A stretch of DNA of 57,773 nucleotides from Fonticula alba ATCC 38817. Its lineage: Eukaryota > Protista > Nucleariida. Where the stretch lies: assembly GCA_000388065.2 (NCBI GenBank), contig KB932202.1. The stretch is one strand, 5' to 3'. The notes below the pieces were generated by a model. The model was not told where the DNA came from, did not search any database, and saw only the letters and a program-made list of their open reading frames with translations. Positions 21,538 through 33,335 of this stretch are shown here, one piece after another (the first letter of the stretch is position 1; every line of letters begins with the position of its first letter). The position numbers and the translations under genes are program-made.

Positions 21538-24498
21538 TCACGCCGCGAAGCGGGACATGGTGACGTGCTCGATATACTGGCCGATGGCGCGCAGCTTCTC
21601 CGCCGAGGAAATCCCCAGGTTGGGCGGGTCATAGTGGCGGCTGACCAGGCGGAAGTCCGCATCCGGGCCGGAAGGGGCCCCGGCGGCGCCGGCGCCGGCG
21701 CCGGCCATGGCAGACGGCCCCGGCGATCGGGGGCTTGCCTGGGCGGAGCCGGGGCCCGGGGCCCGGGAGGCCGGCCGGACCGGCGACCCGGCAGGCGGGT
21801 GCTCTCCCGCGCCCCGTGCTGCGCCGCTTCCGGCCTCGACCCCGGGGGTCTGAAGACCCACCTGCACGTGGGCACGGTAGAGGGCCACATCCACCGGGAA
21901 GAGGCACGGCTCCAGCAGGGTCGATCGGCGGACAAGGTAATTGTAGAAGGCCGCCAGTTGCGGGGCCATGTCCGTCATCGGCGAGGGGAGGCCCTCGACC
22001 ATGAGCTCGGACTCGGGGCCCCCGGGGGCCAGGGCGGCCCGGGCCTCGCACGCATCGCCGACGAAGGGGCAGCTGGTTTCGGCCACATAGCGCTCGTACT
22101 CCGGCCGGGCAAGGCGGGACTGCTGAAGCAGGCGCTGGTAGAAGCCATGCTCTTCGAGGGGGCCGTGGAGCTGCGCCAGGTCGGCCAGCTCGGGCCCGGC
22201 TTCGGCCGCCGGGTCCCCGGTGGCCGGCAGGCTGCTCTGAGCCAGCCGGCGCCGGGTGCGAGTGAAGGCCTGCTCAAACCCCGGGTCCGGCGTGGCGTCC
22301 AGGCGGCCGCCGCCGGAGCCGGGCCTGTCCCCCAGGTCCAGGCCCATGGGCTTGCGGCAGGTGATACACAGGAAGGAAGCCCCGGCCGGGGGCTCGGCCG
22401 CATCGGCCTCGGGAGCCGGGCCGGCTGGCGCCAGGGAAACATCCCCCAGCCCGGGGTCCTGCCCGGCCGAGGGAGGGAACAGCCAATTGGCCCCGGAATC
22501 CCGATGCGAAGGCAGCCCCGGGGCCACCGGGCTGACTGGCGAAGGGTCGCCCCCCCGCCGGGCCAAATACCCCTGGCAGGCGGAGCACGGCTCGAGCAGC
22601 CGCGACACCAGCATGCCCAGGTCGCGAATTTGCTGGGCCGAGGGGGTCGCCCCGGCCCCCGGGGCCGTGCGCACCGTGAAGGGGCTCACATCGGCCAGGG
22701 TGCCAATGCCGAGGGCCGCCGCCAGGGCCGCCGCCACCTCCGGACCCAACAGGGCCAGGGGGGACATGGTGGCCACCGAGGCCGGCCCGTCGCCCGGAGA
22801 GAGCCCCAGCCCCCCCGGAGCCGGGATCGGGCCCGGCGCCGGGTCCTTCAACGTCGAGGCCGAGCTGGAGGCCAGCAGGCGCCCGACCGGCGCCGGCGAA
22901 GAGGGCGTCTTCGGCGTACTGTCGCCCATATTCCGGAAGAGGTAGCCCGGGCCGAAGAGGGTCGAAACACCGCCATACAGCGCCCCGCCGAGGGTGCTGC
23001 CGGAGTAGGGGGCATACGCCCCGCCGGACACCTCGCATCCGAAAGCCGGGTGAACTTCGCGCAGGATGTTCTCATGGTGCCGCTGCAGGGTGAACTTCTC
23101 CTGCTGCGAGGCCTCGTCCTGGGTGAGGCGGAACTGCTCGTCGAAGCTGGTCAGGTGCCCGATTTGCAGGTGGTGCTGCTGCATGCAGGCCCACAGGGCG
23201 GCCAGGGCCGCCGGCGAGAAGGCCACCGGCGGATGGCAGGAGGAAGCCGGCACCAGGGTCAGGTGCCGGCGGCTGCCTGGCCGCGGCCGGGTCTTGGCGC
23301 CGGAGGGGATGTCAAAGGCCCCGGGAACCGGCGAGGGGAAGGGGGCCTTGCGCATGTGCGGCTGAATGAACGTGGCCCAGGAACGGAAGCTGCCAGTCCC
23401 AGGGGGCAGGAGGACGCGAGGCGGGGGAAATGTGCCCGGGTGAGAAGCAAGCAAGAGCAGCGCATGGCAGGCGGCATGCCCGTCGGAAAGAGCGCACCCA
23501 GACCGGATGTGAGCAAACTGCTGGTTGGTGTTGTGAAGGAAGTAATCGGTCGGCAGTTGCCAGATGGACGGCTCGCCGGCTCGTGGCCGGAAAATCCCGA
23601 GAAAGAGGTTGATGGCGGCCTGCTTCTCGACATCTGGCCGGCCGGAAGTGCGCGGCACCAAGGAGGGGAATCGGGTCAGGCTCAGGTGGCCACTTGGGCA
23701 GGTGAGGGGTCTTGGGCGGAAAAGCGACACGCACCGCTGAAGGAGTTGCTGTAGTAGCGCTGCAGGGAGTTCATCATATCGCGAGACTGCGATGTCCAGT
23801 CGCTGTTCTTGCGGTAGGTCTTGGTGGTGTTGACCAGACCGGAGCTGCGTGTGTGTGTGTGTGTGCGTGTGTGTGTGTGTGTGTGAGTGTGTGTGCGTGC
23901 AGGCGAGAGAGGGGGGGAGAGATGGAGAGGCGAGGGGGCAAGAGGCGGCCAGGCTGTTAGCGGCTCAGGCGGGAGAGGAGGCAAGCCAGGGGCAGGGGGA
24001 GGGGGGGGGGGCCGACACAACCCGGGCGTACCCGGCATACTGATACGCGATGTAGTTGCCATGGTAGAGATACATCGACTCCATCTCGATCATCAGGTCG
24101 CAGTCAAACTCAATTTCCGGATGGCTGATGATGCCCATGACATAGAGCTGAGGGGGAGAGAGGGGGAGGGCACATGACAGCAGCGGTCAGCACTTGAAGG
24201 GCCTGGCCCATCGAGGGAAAGGCCACAGCACGCTGGTCAAAAGCATACCTGGCGGCCGAGGACATTCTTGGCAATCAACACCTGCGCGGCGTTGGTCCGG
24301 TCAAGACAATCAACGCAGTTGGTTCGAACAACACCACACTGGAGCATCGGCGTGGACTGGTCAAACTCCAGGGGCGGGGCTTGCCTGCACAGGGGCGGCC
24401 CCGGGCAGAGGGGCAGGGAGGGGGGGGGGGACGAGATACAGTACGCATGCAGTGTCAGCCAGCAGGAGGGAGGCCACACGAGCAGCCGCGCGGGGGGG

Positions 24499-24558
<60 letters not shown>

Positions 24559-26016
24559 CAGGCCCTGACACACAAAAACGAATGCCAGCCCGACCAGCAG
24601 CATGGAAAGGAGGCAGCATAGGCAGCAAGGGGAAAAGCCAAAAGGCCGCAACGCACGGTCTGCCATTCACCAGGCGCTGCGAGTCGAAGTCCACCTCGGC
24701 CAGTTGCCCGGTGAAGAGGCCGCGATTGACGCGCGTCCGGCAGCGACGCCCGGAGTAGAAGAAGCCCACGGTGGACACCATCTCCTGAGATCGCACCTCC
24801 AGCTCGTCGATGACATTCTCGTCCTGGCTCTTGAGCGAGCTGGCCATGTCCAGGTGGTAGTTCTGGATTTTTTGCGGATCCGGCAGGAATTGGTTCAACT
24901 GCGTGAGCATGGCATTGAACTCGTTCAGCAGCAGCAGCTCCCGAGCCACTTTGCGCTTGACCAGGTTGAAGACGATGACCGGCGCGCCGTAGCGCTTCAT
25001 CATGCCATTCAGGTGGATGGCGCCGACGCTGTGGAAGGGATCGGTCCGGTCGACTGGCAGAGGCCAATGGGCAAGCACAAGTGCGCGACCGAGGGAAGGA
25101 GCGGGAAGGGGAGGAGGCGGGCGTCAGGAGGGCATTCCGGGGGCCAGGCCGACGGCCAGGTGGGCTGCTTAACCGACGCACTGGTGATGGGCGGCCGCAC
25201 GCCGGCCATGCTGTTGGACATGCTCTGCGACCAGAAAAGCGGGATGGACCCGCGGTGCTGGACGAAGGACGAGAAGCGCGTCGGCTCCCCGGGAACAAAG
25301 GCCGTGTGCGACTCCTGGCAAACAATCTGCTCGGATTCCACCTCATTGGCCACGTGGCCGCTGAGGTTGACGCCGCGCTTCATGAAGCGCGTGCCGGCAT
25401 AGTGCCGCGATCTCCGGGCGATCAGTGTCAGGGAGTAGGCGCTGCCGAAGACCGAGAACTCTGCATGGGAAGGACAGGTAAGCCGGGCGGTCAGGCGGGG
25501 GAGTGGGGGGAGAGAGGGAGAGAGGGAGAGGNNNNNNNNNNNNNNNNNNNNNNNNNNNNNNNNNNNNNNNNNNNNNNNNNNNNNNNNNNNNNNNNNNNNN
25601 NNNNNNNNNNNNNNNNNNNNGGGAGAGGGGGAGAGGGAGAGGGAGAGAGGGAGAGGGAGAGAGAGGGGTGAGGCCTTTTGAGGGGCCTGCTGTTGGTCAG
25701 GCGGGCGGGGAGACGGACTGTGCTGCGCGACGAAGCCGCGGATCGCCGGAACAATCCACGGATTGGGCCGGATAGTGGGGAAGGTGTTCATCCAGAGATA
25801 GTGGTTCCAGAGGAACATATCATCATAGGCGAGCTCTATATATGTATATGAAGGGGGGGGGGCACACCAATACAAATACGCGCAGGACACCCGACAAAAA
25901 TCTCTCGTTAGCATGGCTAGAGGTGGCCGGCGGATGGCGGGGGGAGGTGGAGGGATGTCTGCTTCCCTGGGAGGCCTCTGCTTCTCCCTTCTTCTCTTCT
26001 TCCCCGAATGCATTTG

Positions 26017-26053
<37 letters not shown>

Positions 26054-27574
26054 CATTCACATACCTTGGCAGCCATGTGTGATGTTACGCTGTAGGGACT
26101 TGGTCAGGTCGTAGGTGTAGCTGAAGAAGAAGTCCCCGGCGAGGTTGAGCGCCGAGAAGACATTCATGTATCTTCAGGAGAGGGGGGGATTCCGCAGGAG
26201 GGGCAGAGGGGGTGAGTTACCGGAGGCGCTGGGGGAGGAAGAGGAAAAAAGAGCGAATGACCCCAATGGGAGGGGGGGGGGAGGGGGGCGGCCCGGCGAG
26301 CCGCGCACTTCGTCTCATCCGGATGCGAGGGAATGCTGTCTCGCCGCATGACCGGGAACATCTTCGTTTCGACCACTTGGTGGATGTAATGCGGCCCGAG
26401 CTGCGCCACCACCGTGGACTTGGTCACCAGCAGCATGTAGTATCCCTCGAGGAAGCGGATGAAGCCTGATCTTGTGTCAGCGGAGGCGAGAACCAGCAGG
26501 CACAGGGCCAGGGAGGGAGGGCCACGTGCGTCACGGGCAGGCCGGGCAGGCGGCGTACCAAGCAGGCCACTTGCGGTGCAGACGCGCTTCAGCCCGCCCT
26601 GCGAGCGATTGCCCAGCTCCAGCATGGCCAGGACCTCCTTCATCTCCCGCGGCGAGTATTCATGCTCATTGTCGTTGAACATCAGCTCCGAGACGGTCTG
26701 CGCGGCTGGGCCCGAGGCCGCGGCCCCGGCCGACGGACCCGACCGGGGAGGGGCCTGCGAGGGCCCGGCCATGCGGCTGGCAGCCGCCGCCGGGCCCGGG
26801 CTACCCGAGTGCGGGGCGCTCGGCGTGTCGCCCAGGCGGACGCGGACCTGGCCCGCCGGCCGGAGCCCCGGCCCGGGCGCCCGGTCCGGGGCCCCGGGGC
26901 TGGCACTCATTGAGGGGTGTGGTGCTGCCACCGGGGAGGCCCCCGGCGGCGGGGTCACCGGCTCGGCAGTGGGCCGATCCGTGGCGGTGGCCCTGGCGGT
27001 GGTCGATCCCGCCGGCGGCGAGCCCAGCACATCCTCGGCCATGGGCTCCGGGGGGACCGTCCGATCGATCTTCAACAGCCGATAGACGGACTCCGTGGCA
27101 TTGGTGCCCACCAGGTAGAGGAAATTCCGCGTCTCATACAGGGTGTAGCTGCTCAGGTGCGGGCTCAGCGGCAGCAGGTAGGGATTGCGGTTGCACGGTG
27201 GCGGCGGAAGGGTGCCCTCTGCCTGGGCCGAATTCGGAGAGCCCTCCTCCTCCTCGGTGGACCCATCGCCCGGGGAGGGGAGGTTGAGTTTCTGGGTCAA
27301 GGGCGTGGGGGGGGGAGGTGAGACAGGCATGTGGATGGCATGCAGGTAGGGGAGCGAGCAAGCGCACCGGCAGCGGCCGCGGCAGTTGGCTGAAGCCATC
27401 CGGGGCCGGGGAGTGGAGCGGCCTGGCCAGCAGGTCGTCCGGCATCAGGACACCCCCATCAAAGGGGGGGGGCCAGCTGGCGCGCGGGAGCACCGGGTCC
27501 AGCGGTGACGGCGGCCCGGGGGAGTCCATCTCCTGCGAGGAGAGCCCCTCGAAGGAGGGGGACGACGAGTCCAT
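21538..27574 (-). CDS. FIG4: PI(3,5)P2 5-phosphatase FIG4 (SAC domain) with a long C-terminal extension
   Basis: Motifs [11 protein letters not shown]...[50 protein letters not shown]...[25 protein letters not shown], and the catalytic CX5RT motif [12 protein letters not shown] (24294-24317), followed by [21 protein letters not shown]. Confidence 0.96.
25532..25620. other. Assembly gap (N run) in a FIG4 intron
   Basis: N run flanked by GA-rich intron sequence. Confidence 1.
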
Positions 27575-28032
27575 GCCGAGGCAAGGAAAAAGAGAAGACA
27601 GGCGGCGGCGGCGGCGGCGGCAGCAGACGAGGGGGCGAATACGGGCAGGGAAGAGGGCTGAGGGGGGTGGCTTGGCTCCGCCCCGGCCCCGGGGAATTTG
27701 TTGTGGCCGGTGTTTTCTTTTGACTGCCCCCCTCCGGGCCGGTGTGATCCCCGAACGACCGCCGGGGGAGGCCGCACCCCGAGCAGGCCGTGCCCAGGCC
27801 AGCCGGGGGGGGGGGGGGGGAGGGGGGCCAGGCGCCGGGCGTCGAGTAAACAACACGATCAGAGCGTTGGCACTGCGCCCCGCCATCCGGGCGGCGAGAT
27901 CTGGGCGCGCCGTCTTCAGGGAGAGTGGCGCCCCGGTCCCGGGGGCCGGGGCGCGCGGCTCTTTTTCCTTCCTTTGTTCCCGCTTTCCCTTGTTCGGGCC
28001 CCATGCTGGGCAAGTGGCGGCTTGGTGTCGGG

Positions 28033-28098
<66 letters not shown>

Positions 28099-28230
28099 CC
28101 TCCTTCCCCCCCCACTCTGGCGCGCACAAACGCCCACCAGCACACCTTCCCATCCTTATTTGTGGCCCGAGCGATCACCCTCCCCTCCCACCCCCCCGGA
28201 GGAGTGGACAGCCGAGAACAAAGCACGACC

Positions 28231-29044
28231 ATGTCAGCCACCCTCCCCGCCGCCGGCACCCGACTTCGCCTGGGCCGCGATTCCGGCACGGTGGCCTTCG
28301 CCGGACGCCTGGACCTGCCGGGCGCTCGGCCCACGCCCGGCGGGGACTCGCACTACCTGGGCATTGCGTGGGATGACTGCCGGCGTGGGCGGCGCCCGGA
28401 TGGCCGGCATCCTGCCGATGAGGAGCGCGTCCTGTTCGATGCCACGGCGCTGCTCCGGCGCCTGGACCGGTGGCTGGCCGAGGCCTGCCCATGCGCCGGC
28501 TGCCGGGGGGGCGGGCTGCCGGCTCACCCGCCGGGAGCCTGCTTCTGCCTGGATCGACACCTGGACGCCGGGATCTGGCCGAGCTTGACGTCGGTCGGCC
28601 GGGATGCCGCGCACGCCCGGCCGCCGGTGGCCCGGTCGACACGCGGGCATGCCTGCGCCTGCCTCATGCTCTGCCCCGGCCGGCCGGCCCCGCTGCCGGT
28701 GTCCTTTACCCGGGTCAATCGCGCTCTGCTGCGGGAGCTTGGCCTGGCCGAAACCATGGTCGCCGCGCTGGCTCGGCGGTATCCGCTGTATGTCTGCGGA
28801 GCGGACCCTGCCGCTGGGGGTCCCGCCAGCCAGGGCATCAGCACGGCTTTCGACTCCACCCGGCCCGGCGTGTCGGTCGGCGTGGAGCTATTCATCCCGC
28901 GGTCGATGGCCACCGGGGCGGCCATCCTGCGTGAGGTGAACCTGGCCGGGTCGACCGTGGCCAGCCTCGGCCCGCTGGACGCAGATCTGTCCCGGTTCGC
29001 GGGTACATTCCCCTCGGGCTGCCTCCGGGCTGCCTGCCTCCCCC

Positions 29045-29082
<38 letters not shown>

Positions 29083-30947
29083 ATCCCTCCCCTTTTCTGG
29101 GTGTCCTGCATGCGTGCCCTTTCCCCCGGCCGCCCGGATGCTGACTCGGTTGTTGTTCTTCCTCCCCCCCCCCCCCCTCATCCCCCTCCTGCCTCCTGCC
29201 CCTGGGAAGATGTCATCCTGGCAGACTTCTCCGGCAGCCTGCTGGGCTCGTGGACCGAAATCCTGGCCTGCCTCGGGCCCTTCCCCAACTGTCGCGAGGT
29301 TCTCCTCCAGTGCGTGGACATGCCTCTTCCTCCCTCTCGACATGGGCCGGCGTGGTGTTGCTTTGCTGACCTGGCCCTGCTCCATGCGGGTCCCCCCCCC
29401 CCCCTCCGCCATCTCCACATCCCCCTTTTCCTACTCCCCCCGACCTCTTGACATGGCAGCGATCTATTTATCGGCGAGTCGCCGCCGCCGCCTGGGGCTG
29501 CCCTCCCGGCGTCTGTCACCCGCCTGGCACTCAGTGGCTGCCGTGGGGGGGTCTCCTGGCGGACCGTTGTCCAGCTTTTGGCGGCCGGCCGGCTCGTCAG
29601 TCTCCACGCGGCGCGTCTCGGGCTCTTTCACCTGCAGGGCGCCCTCACGCCGACGACCTCCCTGGCACACCTTACTTCCCTGGACTTGGCGTACAATTAC
29701 CTCCCCTGGGATGCCCTGGAGCCCCTGGCCACTCTCCCTCAGTGCGCATCCACTCGCCCTCTTTCGGCCCCTGCTCGCCGGCCTGGGAGATGCTCGGCCG
29801 GCAATCCCCGCCGGGCCGGCCCCACTCGGACGCCCACTGCCCCCATGACTACTGACCCCATCCCTCGCCTTCTCCCTCCTCCCTCGGCCACGGCCGCCCA
29901 TCCTGCTTCGGGTGCGCAGCTTGACAGAGCTGCTACTGCCCGGGAATCTGATTGACCGGATTGAACCTCCAGCGGGGGATGGCTCCGTGCCCTTTGTGTT
30001 CAGGTCGCTCGTCACACTGGACCTGTCCGAAAACCAGATCAGCAGCGTGCGCAAGCAGCCCCCTCTCGCCTGTGGCCCTCCTCGCCCACTCGGGCCCTGG
30101 GGGCGCAGCCCCCTTCGGCATTGGTCCACCGCCCCTCCCTTACCCTGTCCCCTCTTCTCCCTTCCTCGCCCTCGCCCTCGCCCTCGCCCTCGCGCGCGCT
30201 CTTTCCCTCGCTCCTCCCCTCCGCTGGTCGGGTGGCTCAGTGGCACTGTATTGATGCACTGCACTTCTTTTGCCCGGGGCTGGGATCGCTGCGCATCACG
30301 CGGAATCCCCTAACGAGGACCATGGCGGACACCACGCCGGGGGATTCTCACGCGGAGTGCACCCGGGGGGCCTGCTTGGCGGCGCCCCTTTCGGTGGCGG
30401 ACCTTCGGTGGCTGGTGCCGGCACGCGTGCCGACCCTGGCTTCGCTGAATGGCACCGAATTGGCCGGCACTTCGTGGCGGTCGCCGGCGGTGGCCCGCGA
30501 GCGGCTGGCCCAATGGCTGGCCACCGCCGGCCAGGGAATGTGCCCGGTGATGACCGAGGCCCCGGCCTGGGGACCGCACACTCGGGCCCTCTTGGCCTCG
30601 TTGGACACCAGTGCGTCGTACTGCCTTGGCATTGCCATCTCCGCGGCTGCCTGCCTTCGCCACCTGGCGGCTCACCCCTTCTCTCGCCCTTCGCCCGTTG
30701 AATGGGCTGTCCCAGGTTCGGATCCCACGCCGGACGACGCGCTGGGTCTCGATTCGGACTTCCTGAGCAGCCTGGGCTCGGTTGGTATGTGCCACTGCCT
30801 CTGCTTTGCATTTGGCCTTCCTTTGCCCGGAGCTGCTGGGCTCGGCTGAACACGACTCGTTAATTACGATCTCCCCCCCCCCCCTTGACGCACACGCACA
30901 CGCACACGCACACGCACACGCACACGCACACGCACACGCACACACAC

Positions 30948-30995
<48 letters not shown>

Positions 30996-31574
30996 GCGCG
31001 CCCGCGCGTGCCCTCCTGTGCTCTTGATCGGTGCAGCTGCATTCATTTTTGGCCCCGAAGTGCAGGATGTCCGGGCCATGTGCCTGGCCGCGCAGCTGAC
31101 GCCCATCTCGCATTTGCATGCCCTGGCCACCGGCAATGGCGACTGGCATGTCGGCGCCTGCCAATGCCAGTCGCATGGCCACCCGTGCGCTCTGCTCTAC
31201 TGGGACCTGGTGCGCTGGGCTATGCCTCATTTCGGGCCGGACCTCTTTTTTCTGGCCCCTCGGTCGGCTTTCCCTGTCCTCCCTCGGCATGTGCTCTAAC
31301 TCCCTGGGGAAATGCCTCTCCTCCCCTGGCCACCGGCAAGCATGACACATGGAGCGTCGTGGACCTGGCCAGCTTGCGGGCGTCGATGGTGGCCGATGCC
31401 CTGAGCACGGCGGTCATGCCCTGGCCCGAGCACTTTTCCCTGATCCAGTCCCGGGTAGCGCCGGCGGCGCTGCCTGCTGTAACCGCGGCAGCCGAGCGCC
31501 TTCGGCCCCGGAGCACGGGCTTCCTGGTCCTGGCCCGGGCCTGTGCCGTCCCCTGGCCGGCTGCCAGCTCCTGA
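28231..31574 (+). CDS. TBCE: Tubulin-specific chaperone E-like (CAP-Gly, leucine-rich repeats, LRRcap, degenerate UBL)
   Basis: CAP-Gly-like GTRLRLGRDSGTVAFAG...YLGIAWDDCRRG; LRRs ADFSGSLLGSWTEI, LTSLDLAYNYL, LTELLLPGNLI, LVTLDLSENQISS; LRRcap LRITRNPL...LVPARVPTLASLNGTEL. The 3' end is less certain. Confidence 0.8.
30890..30997. repeat. (CACGCA)n/(CA)n compound microsatellite in a TBCE intron
   Basis: Direct reading. Confidence 0.9.
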
Positions 31575-31818
31575 GCACACGGGCATGACTGGCGCCGTGC
31601 TCTCGCCAAATACACCGCCCCCCCCCCCCCCCCCCTGGGGGTGTTGCCCTCCTCCTGGCACATGCCTCCGCCTGTCTCTTTTCTTCGGTGTCTCATTCTT
31701 TCGGTCCGGCCCGGTCCGATGAGGTGTGCGCGCGTGCGAGGCGAGGGCCAGCCCCGGCGTCTTCGAACGGCAGCCGCTCGTGTCTTGAGAGCGTGCGGCC
31801 TGCGATTGCCATGTGAAC

Positions 31819-31891
31819 GGGGGCGTAGCTCAAATGGTAGAGCGGCCGCTTAGCATGCGGCAGGCAGGGGGATCGATACCCTCCGCCTCCA
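31819..31891 (+). tRNA. tRNA-Ala, anticodon AGC
   Basis: Full cloverleaf: GGGGGCG/CGCCTCC acceptor with G3:U70 Ala determinant, GCTC/GAGC D-stem, GCCGC-TTAGCAT-GCGGC anticodon arm, GGGGG-ATCGATA-CCCTC T-arm (A54, typical of eukaryotic Ala), discriminator A. Confidence 0.97.
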
Positions 31892-31894
31892 TTG

Positions 31895-31904
31895 TTTTTT
31901 TTTT
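31895..31904 (+). terminator. Pol III terminator (T10) of tRNA-Ala
   Basis: T10 run 4 nt after the discriminator base. Confidence 0.9.
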
Positions 31905-31972
31905 CGGAGCCTCCCGCCGCAGGTGAAGGAGTCCCCACGATTATCAGGCCCTTGGAGGCTCAGCCCCCCATG

Positions 31973-32044
31973 GCTCGTTTAGCTCAGTGGTAGAGCGCCA
32001 GTCTAGTAAACTGGAGGTCGGGTGTTCGATCCACCCAATGAGCA
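31973..32044 (+). tRNA. tRNA-Thr, anticodon AGT
   Basis: Full cloverleaf: GCTCGTT/AATGAGC acceptor, GCTC/GAGC D-stem, CCAGT-CTAGTAA-ACTGG anticodon arm, GGGTG-TTCGATC-CACCC T-arm, discriminator A. Confidence 0.97.
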
Positions 32045-32048
32045 TTCC

Positions 32049-32053
32049 TTTTT
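32049..32053 (+). terminator. Pol III terminator (T5) of tRNA-Thr
   Basis: T5 run 5 nt after the discriminator base. Confidence 0.8.
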
Positions 32054-32366
32054 GCCTCGCGCGCGGCCCCGTCCAAACCAGGGGGGGGGGGGACGCCGGC
32101 GAGCGAGAGTTGGCCCGAATGTCGTTCCTCCCTTTCCCGCGCGCCCGCACGCACGCGCGCACGCTGGCACCCCTCCCGGCCCAGGGCAGGCCCCCCCCCC
32201 CCCCTGCCACCGCCACCGCGACTGCCCCCCCAGTGGGTGGGGGGAGAGGGGCGCGCAGTGTTCCGGCGGGCGGGGGAGAGAAGGGCCACGATCGCGCGTC
32301 CGGTGGGGGGAGGCTTGCCCGCGCTGTCAGAGGAAGGGAGCGGGGAGGGAAAAAAAAAAACCGTGG

Positions 32367-32457
32367 GACTAGACCCGGAAAGGTGGCACATTTTTAATGG
32401 CCCCATATTCATGCATTCTAGAGATGGGGCCAAAGGCGCTTTTCGCCGGGTCTAGTC
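32367..32457. ncRNA. Candidate structured RNA or inverted-repeat element of unknown family
   Basis: Perfect 12-bp inverted repeat GACTAGACCCGG/CCGGGTCTAGTC, a nested perfect 8-bp GGCCCCAT/ATGGGGCC repeat, and an A11 run at 32350-32360. The structure is seen directly; the function is unknown. Confidence 0.35.
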
Positions 32458-33335
32458 GCGCGGGAGCCGTGCCCCCCCCCCCCCCCCCGGGGACACCCGG
32501 CCAGGCGGGAAACGCTCCTCTCCCGCGACGGCTTAGCCACCACGAGCTGAAAGAAGAAGGGCCCACACGCCGGGGGAGGGGGGTGACATATCCGCCGGAC
32601 CGGTGTGAGGTCGTTCCCCGAGCCCCGGTTCCCTGTGCCGGGGCCCCTGCCGCCGTGCACCCCAATGCGCGCACACGCGCGCGCCGTTTCCCGCGGGGGA
32701 GGGTCGCGGTCTCGGGTAGGAGGAATGTGTGCCGGTTTCCCGCCTGGCCCGGGCGATCGCCGTCCGGTGCTGGCCGGCGGGGCCCGCGCGCTCCGTCCCC
32801 CCGCCAGGTCGGACCCCGGCGGCCGAGGTGCGGGTCTAGCCGGAGGGGGGGGGCGAGGACGTGAGCATGTCAGCCAGCTCAGGCCCTGGGCGGGGGGGGG
32901 GCGCTGAGGGGGCGGGGGATTCCACTGGCAGGTGCGGGTGGGGCCCGGTCCCCGGCCGCCCCCCCCGGACCGGCTCCCGCCATCCCTGTTGAAGGAGACC
33001 GGATCTTGGTCCGCGGGAGGGGGGCCAGCGGGGGGGGGGGGGGGGGGGGGCTCTCGGTGGGTTTGCGCGCCGGCCGCGCAGGAGGCCGCGTCTTTCTCAC
33101 CGGGCAAGCCGCCCGCCGGCAGATTCATCGGGAGGAGGCACCATGGGCCGGCGCCTGCCAGGCCGTTCGCACATCGCTCTTCTCCCCTCCCCCTCCCCCC
33201 TCCCCCTCATCCGCCTCCCGTCGTTGGCCCTGGCGCATCCCCGCCCGGCTTGCCTTTCCTGAGCGCGCAGCCGCGGGACCTGCCCCCCTCCCCCTCTCTT
33301 TCTCTCCCCCTCCCTTGCACTTGCCCCATCTGACC

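Noticed and set aside
21232-23754. 840-aa plus-strand ORF; similarly 19292..20725 (+), 35088..37310 (-) and many other long ORFs in the track
   Set aside because: They are antisense or off-frame shadows of real GC3-rich exons (FIG4, the hypothetical gene, XPO7). Stop codons are rare at this GC content and the translations have no recognisable motifs.
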